Shown: in pieces, positions 56,693 to 64,000 of the stretch
Position numbering within the stretch: position 1 is the first letter of the stretch
How the letters are laid out: each line of letters starts with the position of its first letter
From: Labilithrix sp.
GTDB taxonomy: Bacteria; Myxococcota_A; Polyangia; Polyangiales; Polyangiaceae
Length of the DNA stretch: 64,000 nt
Direction of reading: 5' to 3'
NCBI GenBank assembly: GCA_028287065.1
Contig: JAQBQJ010000219.1
Span: 14,293 to 78,292, forward strand
Position numbers and translations under genes: made by a program
The notes under the pieces: generated by a model
What the model saw: the letters and a program-made list of their open reading frames with translations, nothing else
Database searches by the model: none
Told to the model about the DNA's origin: nothing

Positions 56693-56848
56693 AGGAGAAC
56701 AGGGAACACGAACAGGGACAGGGAATCCGAATCCGAATTCCCCCCGGCCCCCCGCGCGTGGCTGGTCCCGCCTGGCCTGGGCGGCGCAGCCGCCGCGAAA
56801 ATTCAAATCCCTGTTCCCGTTCCTGTTCCTGTTCCCTGTTCTCTTTTT
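56689..56848. repeat. Palindromic element with (GGAACA)n-type arms
   Basis: gagaacagggaacacgaacagggac... mirrored by ...gttcctgttcctgttccctgttctc; GC-rich inner hairpin. Confidence 0.8.
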
Positions 56849-58410
56849 CTCCTCGCGCGCAGCGCCGCGCTCCCGATCGCGATCACGCTGAGCAGCGCCA
56901 GCGGGTAGTCTCCGAAGCGCGTGAACAGCGTCGGCGCGCCGTCGATCAGCGCGGGCGTCGCTTGCAGCACGCCGGGCATCGGCAGGTCGTACCGCGCGCG
57001 CACGCGCCCCGTCGCATCGACGAACGTCGTCGGGCCCTGGTTCACGGCGCGCACGAGGTCGCGGCGCGTCTCGATCGCGCGCAGCACCGCGAGCCGGAGG
57101 TGCAGCTCGCCTTCGGCGCTGCCCGCGAACCACGCGTCGTTCGTCACGTTCACGAGGAGGTTCGGCGAGGTCTCCATCGCCTCGCGGCCCGCTTCGGGCA
57201 ACGTGTCCTCGTAGCAGTTCAGGACGGCCGCGCGGATCGGGCCCGCCACGAACGCGACGCTCTCGTGGCCGGCGAGCAGGCCGGTGCCCTTCGAGAACAC
57301 GTCGCGCAGCCACGGGAACCAGTCCGCGAGCGGGACGGTCTCGCCGAACCACAGCAGATGGCGCTTGTCGTACGGCGCCGAGAGCGCGCCGTCCGGCGAC
57401 GCGAGGATGGCCGAGTTGTAGCCGAGCCCCTTCGCGCCGGACATGTACGCGCCCGTGAGGACCGGCCCGTGCACGCCGCTCTGCAGCACCGCGCGTGCGC
57501 CCGACGGGCTCGTTCGCGTCGCGTGAGGAAGCGTGAACGGATAGGCGGACTCGGGCCAGATCGTCAGCTCGGCGCCGCGCTGCTCCGCGCTCTTCGTCAG
57601 CGTCGAGAGGCGATCGATCATCATCGATGCGCGGCTCGCGTCCCAGCGGTCCGAAGCGTCGAAGCCGGGTTGCACCAGCGCGACGCGTGCATGCGGCGCT
57701 GCATCACGTGCGCGATCGACGGCGCGTACACGGAGCGCGCCCCAAGCGACCATCACCGCGACGACGGCGACCGCCACGGCGACCGGCGCTGCGGCCGTGC
57801 GCGCATCGCGTGACGCGCGGAAGCGCAGGAGAGCGTGCGCGACGAGCCCCGCTGCGATCGCGAAGAGGAAGCTCGTTCCGCGTTCTCCGACGAGCTCCGC
57901 AGTTTGCAAGAGCAGAGGCCAAGGCGCGAGGCCTCCGGACGGCGTCCACGGGAAGACGGAAGGCACGAACGTCGCGACATAGACCCCGAAGCCGTAGGCG
58001 AGCCACGGCGGCGACGCCTGCGCGAGTCGATGCGCGACCGCGCCGCCTACCGCCCACGGCAAGGCCTGCGCGGCCGACAGGAGGACGAGCGCCGTCCACG
58101 CAGCGACGCCCGGAAGGGGCGTGAAGCGCATCACGACCTCGGGGACGAAGCGGAGCGCGACGAGGTTCGCGCCGAGCCCGAACAGCCACCCGAGCGCCGC
58201 GCCGGTGCGCCATCGCGCGCGCGTGCTCGAGGGAGTCGGGGCCGGCAGCTCGAGCGCGAGCGCGAACCCGAGCAATCCGACGAGGATGCCGGCGTGAAAA
58301 TCGATCGGCGGCGTGGATGTCGCGAATACGACGCCGCTGCCGAACGCGAGGAGCGCTCGCGTCCTGCGACGGATCGCGACGGTCAGATCACCAGTAGAAG
58401 GTGAGGCCAC
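56803..58410 (-). CDS. lnt: Apolipoprotein N-acyltransferase
   Basis: Multiple TMs; IWPESA, YDKRHLLWFGE, LNCYED, NVTNDAWF, RAVNQG. Start approximate (GTG 58410). Confidence 0.92.
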   Translation of the reverse strand: MASPSTGDLTVAIRRRTRALLAFGSGVVFATSTPPIDFHAGILVGLLGFALALELPAPTPSSTRARWRTGAALGWLFGLGANLVALRFVPEVVMRFTPLPGVAAWTALVLLSAAQALPWAVGGAVAHRLAQASPPWLAYGFGVYVATFVPSVFPWTPSGGLAPWPLLLQTAELVGERGTSFLFAIAAGLVAHALLRFRASRDARTAAAPVAVAVAVVAVMVAWGALRVRAVDRARDAAPHARVALVQPGFDASDRWDASRASMMIDRLSTLTKSAEQRGAELTIWPESAYPFTLPHATRTSPSGARAVLQSGVHGPVLTGAYMSGAKGLGYNSAILASPDGALSAPYDKRHLLWFGETVPLADWFPWLRDVFSKGTGLLAGHESVAFVAGPIRAAVLNCYEDTLPEAGREAMETSPNLLVNVTNDAWFAGSAEGELHLRLAVLRAIETRRDLVRAVNQGPTTFVDATGRVRARYDLPMPGVLQATPALIDGAPTLFTRFGDYPLALLSVIAIGSAALRARRKREQGTGTGTGTGI

Positions 58411-59248
58411 CCTGGAAGAGACCGCCGCCCGACGTGTTCGTCGTGCGTCCGTTGCTGTCGACGAACTCGGGGTAGTCACGCTTGTTGTCGTCGACACGGC
58501 CTCGGACGAAGCCGCGGAAATCGAAGTTGAGGGCCACGACCTTCGACAAACGGAACTCGAGGCCGATTCCCGCCTGGCCGCCGAAGTACCCGTATTTGTA
58601 CTCGCTCGTGTCGAAGCCGTTGCGATCGTCGACGGCAGTCGCGCCCTGCCACCCGAAGCCGGCGAGCATGTAGACCTGCGTCTTGCTCTTCGGGTTCAGG
58701 AAGACGAGGCCGTTGAAGCCGAGCGACGTCTCCTTGCGGCGGTAGCCGTTGTAGTCGCGGCCACCTGCGAAATCGAGGTCGGCCTCGATGGCGAACGCAG
58801 GGATCGGACGGAAGCGGAGGCCGAGGCCGAGCAGCGCCATGCCGGCGTTGTCGTCGCGCCCTTTGCCGAGCACGAGGCCGCCGGCGTGGATGTTGAGGCC
58901 CCACTCCTTCTTCGGAACCGCACGGCGCGGAACGTAATAATAGGCGGGCGGCGCCTCGCGCGGCTGGACGACGACGGTCGTGGGCGGCGGCTGATACACG
59001 ACGACGGGCGGCGGCGGAGCGGCGGGCTTGCTGCCGGCGCCCTCGGACGGAAGCGGCTGGAGATCCTTGTTCGCTCCCGCGGGCGGTGGGGTCGTTTCAC
59101 CGCAGAACCAGCTGCCCGGAGCGCAGTCCTTCGCGTCGTCGGCGTGCGCCGTCGACGCCAACGGAAGCGCGATCGCGCAGGCGATCGGGAGCGTCACGAG
59201 GAGCCGCCGGAAAGACGGGCGCGGTGAGTGCGAGATGCTGCTGCTCAT
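58388..59248 (-). CDS. Outer-membrane beta-barrel domain protein
   Basis: Signal peptide (AHA), Pro-rich linker, alternating beta strands, terminal GLTFYW. Confidence 0.82.
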   Translation of the reverse strand: MSSSISHSPRPSFRRLLVTLPIACAIALPLASTAHADDAKDCAPGSWFCGETTPPPAGANKDLQPLPSEGAGSKPAAPPPPVVVYQPPPTTVVVQPREAPPAYYYVPRRAVPKKEWGLNIHAGGLVLGKGRDDNAGMALLGLGLRFRPIPAFAIEADLDFAGGRDYNGYRRKETSLGFNGLVFLNPKSKTQVYMLAGFGWQGATAVDDRNGFDTSEYKYGYFGGQAGIGLEFRLSKVVALNFDFRGFVRGRVDDNKRDYPEFVDSNGRTTNTSGGGLFQGGLTFYW

Positions 59249-59510
59249 GGAAAGACCCTGCCTCCGAAGACGGCGCGTTCGACCCGGGCCCGGCCGGTTC
59301 GACTCCGTCAGGATGCCCTCAAAGCAACCCAAGTGCCACGGGGAAAGGTGCGGCTGAGGTGCGTGCGGGGCCGTGTTTATCGAGGCTTCGTTACTGCCGA
59401 GCTAAGTGCTGTGTCCTCCGGTTCACGTCCGCCCGACAACCGCCGTCCGGCCCGACCACAACGTGCGCTGGGTGCTCGTCCCCGCCGTGCGGGTCGTGTA
59501 AAGAGTCCCG

Positions 59511-60695
59511 TTGGCAACGGTTCGGCTCAAGCCTGGTCACGTGCAGCCCGTATGGGCCGGACATCCGTGGGTTTACGCCCAGGCGATCGACCGCGTCGAG
59601 GGAGGCGCGACCCGCGGAGACGAGGTCCGCGTCGTCGACCCCCGAGGGAACTTCCTCGGTCGTGGATTCTATTCGCCGGGGTCTGCGATCCCCGTGCGCC
59701 TGCTCGTTCGCGACGAAGCTACGGCGATCGACACGGCGCTGTTCCGGACCAAGTTCGAGCGGGCGCTCGCATTGCGCAAACAGATGGGCCTCGGCAGCTC
59801 GCCCGAGACGACGGGCTATCGCGTCGTGCATGCGGAAGGTGACGGCGTGCCCGGCCTCATCGTCGACCGCTTCGGCGACGTGCTCGTCGTCCAGATCCTC
59901 ACGCTCGGCATGAAGGACCGCGAGGCGATGATCCTCGAGGCGCTCGGCCAGGTGTTCGCGCCGAAGGCGATCATCGACCGTACGCCCGCGGGCGCCGCGA
60001 AGGCCGAGGGCTTCACGGAGTCGAAGGGGGTCGTCCGCGGCGAAGCCCCCGACGCGATCGCGTTCACCGAGCGCGGCATCGAGTGGTCGCTCCCGAGCGA
60101 CGTCGGCCAGAAGACGGGCTTCTACTTCGATCAACGCGACCTCCGCGGTCGCGTCGAAGCACTGGCGAAGGGCAAGCGCGTCCTCGATGCGTACTCGTAC
60201 ATCGGTGCGTTCGGCCTCGCCGCGGCGCGAGGCGGCGCCACCGAGGTGGTATGCGTCGACGAGAGCGCCGTCGCGGTCGAGGTCGGCGCCGAGCAAGCGC
60301 GGGCGAACGGGTTCGAGAAGATCGTCAGCTTCCAGCGCGGCGACGCGCGGCGCACGATGCAGGAAGCTCACGCGAGCTTCGACCTCACCGTCGTCGATCC
60401 TCCTCGGCTCGCGCCCACCCGCGGCGCGCGCGAGCAGGCGCTCGTGATGTACGCGAAGCTCGCCGAGCTCGGCTGCCGCGCGACGAAGCCCGGCGGCCTC
60501 GTCGTGGTGTGCTCGTGCTCGGCTGCGGTCGACCTCTTCGCGCTCACGCGCGCGCTCGCGACGGGCGCGGTGCGCGCGAACGTGCACGCCACGGTCCTCG
60601 AGCGCGCATTCCAGGGCGTCGATCATCCGGTGCCTGCGGCGTTCGCCGAAGGCCTTTATCTCAAGGCGATCGTCGCGCGCGTGGACAAGCGATGA
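59511..60695 (+). CDS. rlmI: Class I SAM-dependent rRNA methyltransferase (RlmI-like)
   Basis: PUA GHPWVY, EGDGVPGLIVD, GQKTGFYFDQR, VVDPP, CSCS, YLK; TTG start. Confidence 0.88.
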   Translation: MATVRLKPGHVQPVWAGHPWVYAQAIDRVEGGATRGDEVRVVDPRGNFLGRGFYSPGSAIPVRLLVRDEATAIDTALFRTKFERALALRKQMGLGSSPETTGYRVVHAEGDGVPGLIVDRFGDVLVVQILTLGMKDREAMILEALGQVFAPKAIIDRTPAGAAKAEGFTESKGVVRGEAPDAIAFTERGIEWSLPSDVGQKTGFYFDQRDLRGRVEALAKGKRVLDAYSYIGAFGLAAARGGATEVVCVDESAVAVEVGAEQARANGFEKIVSFQRGDARRTMQEAHASFDLTVVDPPRLAPTRGAREQALVMYAKLAELGCRATKPGGLVVVCSCSAAVDLFALTRALATGAVRANVHATVLERAFQGVDHPVPAAFAEGLYLKAIVARVDKR

Positions 60696-61480
60696 GGTCG
60701 CTCTCGATGATGCCGCCGGCCGAAACGCGCGGCCTCGTCGGTGTGCTCTTCGATCTCGACGATACGGTGCTGTCGCACGGCGTGCTCACGCGCGAGGCCT
60801 ACGAGGCGATCTGGTCCATGCACGAGGCCGGCTTGCGGCTCGTCGCGGTCACCGGGCGGCCGAGCGGATGGGGCGAGGTGATCGCACGGCAATGGCCGAT
60901 CGACGGCGCGGTCACGGAGAACGGCGCGGTGCACGTCGTGCGCGACGGCAAGGGCGTCACGCTGACGTTCGACGGCGATGCCGAGGCCGTCGCGCATCGC
61001 CGCGCGCGTCTCGATGCGCTCGTCGTCACCGTCGCGAAGGCCTTGCCGCACGTGAAGCTCGCCGACGACAACCACGCGCGGCGCTCCGACGTCGCGTGGG
61101 ACATCGGTGAGCGCGAGCGTCTCGACGCGAGCTCGATTGCGGAGCTCGCGCAGCTCGTGGTCGCCAGCGGTGCTCGTACCACGCGCTCGTCGGTGCACCT
61201 GCACGCGAGCTTCGAGCGCGACGACAAAGCGAGCGGCGCGATCCGCTTCGTCCACGCGCGCTTCGGCGACGACTCCGGCGCGGCGCTGCATCGCTGGGCC
61301 TTCGTGGGCGACAGCGGCAACGACGCAGCGTGCTTCGCCGCGTTCACGCACACGTTCGGCGTCGAGAACGTCCGCGCGTATGCGCGCGTCCTCACCGTCC
61401 CGCCGCGGTGGGTCGCGCCTTCGAAGCGCGGCGCGGGCTTCGCGGAGATCGCGAAGACCATCGTATCGTCGCGGTGGTGA
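60692..61480 (+). CDS. HAD-IIB-family hydrolase
   Basis: FDLDDT, VTGR, ENG, DK, GDSGND. Confidence 0.9.
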   Translation: MRSLSMMPPAETRGLVGVLFDLDDTVLSHGVLTREAYEAIWSMHEAGLRLVAVTGRPSGWGEVIARQWPIDGAVTENGAVHVVRDGKGVTLTFDGDAEAVAHRRARLDALVVTVAKALPHVKLADDNHARRSDVAWDIGERERLDASSIAELAQLVVASGARTTRSSVHLHASFERDDKASGAIRFVHARFGDDSGAALHRWAFVGDSGNDAACFAAFTHTFGVENVRAYARVLTVPPRWVAPSKRGAGFAEIAKTIVSSRW

Positions 61481-61546
61481 GGTGGTACCTCCGAATTGTT
61501 CGATCTGGACCTTTGTAACAGACCAGCTTGGTCCCAGGATCCAGAC

Positions 61547-62806
61547 ATGCACGTGCCCGTTCTCACCGGCGCTCCGCGTCGAGTAACCTCCGAGCCCACC
61601 ACCATGCCCACGAGCTCCGAGCTGCTCGCGACCGCAGCCAAACGCCTCTATCCGAACTACAAACCCGCGGCGATCGTGTTCGCGCGCGGCAAGGGCTGCG
61701 AGCTCTTCGACGTCGAAGGACGTCGCTGGCTCGACCTCTGCGCGGGCGTCGCCGTGTGCTCGGTCGGGCACGCGCACCCGCGGCTGGTGAAGACCATCGC
61801 CGAGCAGGCCGCGCGGCTCATGCACGTGTCGAACTACTTCTACAACGAGGAGAACATCCTCCTCGCCGACGAGCTCTGCACGAAGAGCGGCATGGCGCGC
61901 GCGATGTTCTGCAACTCGGGCGCCGAGGCGAACGAGGCGCTCTTCAAGCTCGCGCGCCGTCACCACTTCGCCAAGGGCGACAGCCGCACGAAGATCATCG
62001 CCTTCCACAACGCGTTCCACGGACGCACGATGGGCGCGTTGTCGATGACGGGTACGCCGAAGTACCGCGAGGGCTTCGGCGCGGTCGAGGGCGTCGTGCA
62101 CGTCGCCTACGGCGACCTCGATGCCGTGAAGGCGCAGATGGGCTCGGACGTCGCGGCGATCATCGTCGAGCCGGTGCAGGGCGAGGGCGGCGTGCTGCCT
62201 CCGCCGGCGGGCTTCCTTCCTGGATTGCGTGCACTGTGCAACGAGCACGGCGCGCTGCTGCTCATGGACGAAGTGCAGACGGGCATCGGTCGTCTCGGTC
62301 GCTGGTTCGGCTTCCAGGACACCGGCGCGACACCCGATGCCATCTCGCTCGCGAAGGGGCTCGGCGGCGGCTTCCCGGTCGGCGCGATGCTCACGACCGA
62401 GGCGCTCGCCGGTGCGCTGCCGCCCGGCACGCACGGGTCGACTTTCGGCGGCAATCCGCTCGCGAGCGCGACGGCGCGCACGGTGCTCTCGATCCTCGAC
62501 GACGAGTCGCTCGTGAGCGGCGCGAAGCAGAAGGGCGAGAAGCTGTCGGCGATGCTCGCGGCGCTCGCGAAGGAGCTGCCGTCGGTGTGCGAAGGCGAGC
62601 GCGGCGAAGGACTCTTGCGCGGGCTCGTCTTGAAGCAAGGGTTCGTCGTGCGCGATATCCTTCCGAAGCTCGCCGAGGCGGGCGTGCTCCTCACGGCCGC
62701 AGGCGAGCGCGTGCTCCGCTTCTCGCCGCCGCTCGTCGTCACGGAGGCCGAGCTCGCCGAAGGTGTGGCTGCGGTGCGCAAGGTCCTGTCCGGGCTCGCG
62801 AAATGA
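61547..62806 (+). CDS. argD: Acetylornithine aminotransferase
   Basis: NSGAEANE, FHGRT, EPVQGEGG, DEVQTG, AKGLGGG, HGSTFGGNP; alternative start 61604. Confidence 0.9.
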   Translation: MHVPVLTGAPRRVTSEPTTMPTSSELLATAAKRLYPNYKPAAIVFARGKGCELFDVEGRRWLDLCAGVAVCSVGHAHPRLVKTIAEQAARLMHVSNYFYNEENILLADELCTKSGMARAMFCNSGAEANEALFKLARRHHFAKGDSRTKIIAFHNAFHGRTMGALSMTGTPKYREGFGAVEGVVHVAYGDLDAVKAQMGSDVAAIIVEPVQGEGGVLPPPAGFLPGLRALCNEHGALLLMDEVQTGIGRLGRWFGFQDTGATPDAISLAKGLGGGFPVGAMLTTEALAGALPPGTHGSTFGGNPLASATARTVLSILDDESLVSGAKQKGEKLSAMLAALAKELPSVCEGERGEGLLRGLVLKQGFVVRDILPKLAEAGVLLTAAGERVLRFSPPLVVTEAELAEGVAAVRKVLSGLAK

Positions 62807-62923
62807 AATCGTAGCGATTCCGATGGGTTGAGCGTCAGTCTTGCACGAGCCAGGGCAGGCCCCGCCGCGGCATCTCGCCGGGGCCTTGACTCGGCGCGCC
62901 ATGAAGGCCACGCCAGGTGCCCG

Positions 62924-64000
62924 ATGGACACATCTCGCGCGAGCTCGGCATCGCCTTCGTCGGCGTCGCTCTGCCCGGGCTGTGGAAAAGCGATCGACCC
63001 GCTACGCGCCGGGCACGTCGCGATCCTCGACGGCGGCTTTCGGTATTTCTGCGGCGCCGAGTGCAAGGCGACGTTCGTCGACGTGAGCTCGAAGCGCGTC
63101 ACGCTCGAGGCGCTCACGGCGGAGCCGCCGTCGGTCGCGTCGGGCGTGAGAGCGCAGCCTCGCGAGCAAGAAGCGCGCTTCCCGGCGCCCGAGCCGCCGA
63201 TCGCCGAGCGCGAGCCGGAGCCCGAGCCGGAGCCGGAGCCCGAGCGTGAGCCCGAGCCCGAGGAGCCGCCGTCGACGCTGCGGTCGAAGGCCCTGCGCGA
63301 AGAAGAAGAGCCCGCGCCCGAAAAGGAACCGGGGTCCGAAAAGGAACCGGGGTCCGAAAAGGAACCGGGGTCCGAAAAGGAACCGGGGTCCGGGGTGCTC
63401 GCGCGGGTGGCCGTGGTGGCGCCTTACGTGGGGATCGCGCTCGGGTTGCTCGCGGTGGTGGTGTCGCTCGCGGGGGAGGGGAGCTCGGAGCTGCGGCTGC
63501 CGCTCGCGCTCGCATCGGCGGCGATCCTCGTCGTGCACACCGGGCTCGGTCGTCGCGAGCCGGGCGATCCTGCGCCCTGGTTCATCTCGGGCCCCGTCGT
63601 CCTCGCCGCGATCGGCGCCGTCCTCTCGGTCACGCTGCGCGATGCGCGCGCCGAATCGCACGCCGCCTACGTCGGTCTCGCTGCGGCCGGCGCTCTGCTC
63701 GTCGATCTCCTCGTGTCGCGCTCGCGTCGCGACGTGGCCGATGCGCGGACGCGCGTCGCCGCCGCGCTCGCCACGCGCGTGCGCGTCGTACGCGGCGAAG
63801 GCACGTCGGAGATCGATGCTGCCAACGTGAAGCCCGGCGAGCAGGTCGTCGCCGAGATCGGCGAGGTGATCGGCGTCGACGGCATCGTCGCGGCCGGCGA
63901 GGCCGAGGTGGCGCCGTGGACGGACTCGCCGGTCGTGCTCGCGAAGCGCGAAGGCGACGCGGTGGTCGCCGGCGCGACGATCGTCTCCGGTCGGCTCCGC
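62924..64000 (+). CDS. P1B-type ATPase-like protein with TRASH/YHS-type N-terminus; runs off window edge
   Basis: Hand-translated, absent from ORF track: CPGCG...YFCGAECK, EP-rich linker, TMs, actuator-like VKPGEQV...GVDG. Confidence 0.75.
   Translation, partial: MDTSRASSASPSSASLCPGCGKAIDPLRAGHVAILDGGFRYFCGAECKATFVDVSSKRVTLEALTAEPPSVASGVRAQPREQEARFPAPEPPIAEREPEPEPEPEPEREPEPEEPPSTLRSKALREEEEPAPEKEPGSEKEPGSEKEPGSEKEPGSGVLARVAVVAPYVGIALGLLAVVVSLAGEGSSELRLPLALASAAILVVHTGLGRREPGDPAPWFISGPVVLAAIGAVLSVTLRDARAESHAAYVGLAAAGALLVDLLVSRSRRDVADARTRVAAALATRVRVVRGEGTSEIDAANVKPGEQVVAEIGEVIGVDGIVAAGEAEVAPWTDSPVVLAKREGDAVVAGATIVSGRLR
63318..63389 (+). repeat. Perfect coding tandem repeat, 18 bp x4 (EKEPGS)
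   Basis: ccgaaaaggaaccggggt x4. Confidence 0.95.

Noticed and set aside
61481-61546. Small hairpins upstream of argD as a riboswitch or ARG box
   Set aside because: Too short, with no recognisable consensus.
62917-63249. 110-aa ORF from the track
   Set aside because: Wrong frame; the frame from ATG 62924 gives the TRASH/P-type ATPase-like protein.
63318-63389. 18-bp repeats as CRISPR or iterons
   Set aside because: Contiguous, in-frame coding VNTR without spacers.

Overview
High-GC bacterial chromosome segment. MYXO-CTERM, Hanks kinase, RCC1/FGE/Cys-rich lipoproteins and a second S1-like gene point to Myxococcota, probably Polyangiales (Labilithrix/Sorangium-like); this placement is an inference. 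About 57 CDSs are supported, mostly housekeeping and envelope genes: S1-like, poxB-like, rsgA, tamA/tamB, qor, DnaJ/CbpA, rnr, VKOR-DsbA, lpoB, thyA-folA, ybeY, HU, lnt, rlmI-like, argD. No rRNA, tRNA, CRISPR array, transposase or prophage was recognised. Main observations: (1) a Ser/Thr-kinase-HEAT fusion translationally coupled to an apparently catalytically dead HD-GYP-like protein, followed by a 4xCBS protein; (2) a thyA whose conserved PFNIASY substrate-specificity helix reads PFTIATA; (3) three unrelated 160-265 bp nested palindromic intergenic elements, two containing stop codons of flanking genes; (4) a structured leader abutting the HU RBS; (5) an orphan GT2-C45-LolA module; (6) several degenerate or truncated enzymes (DEDDh exonuclease, M28, P1B-ATPase). 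Most long ORFs in the supplied track are antisense or frame shadows, and many starts were re-assigned by hand.
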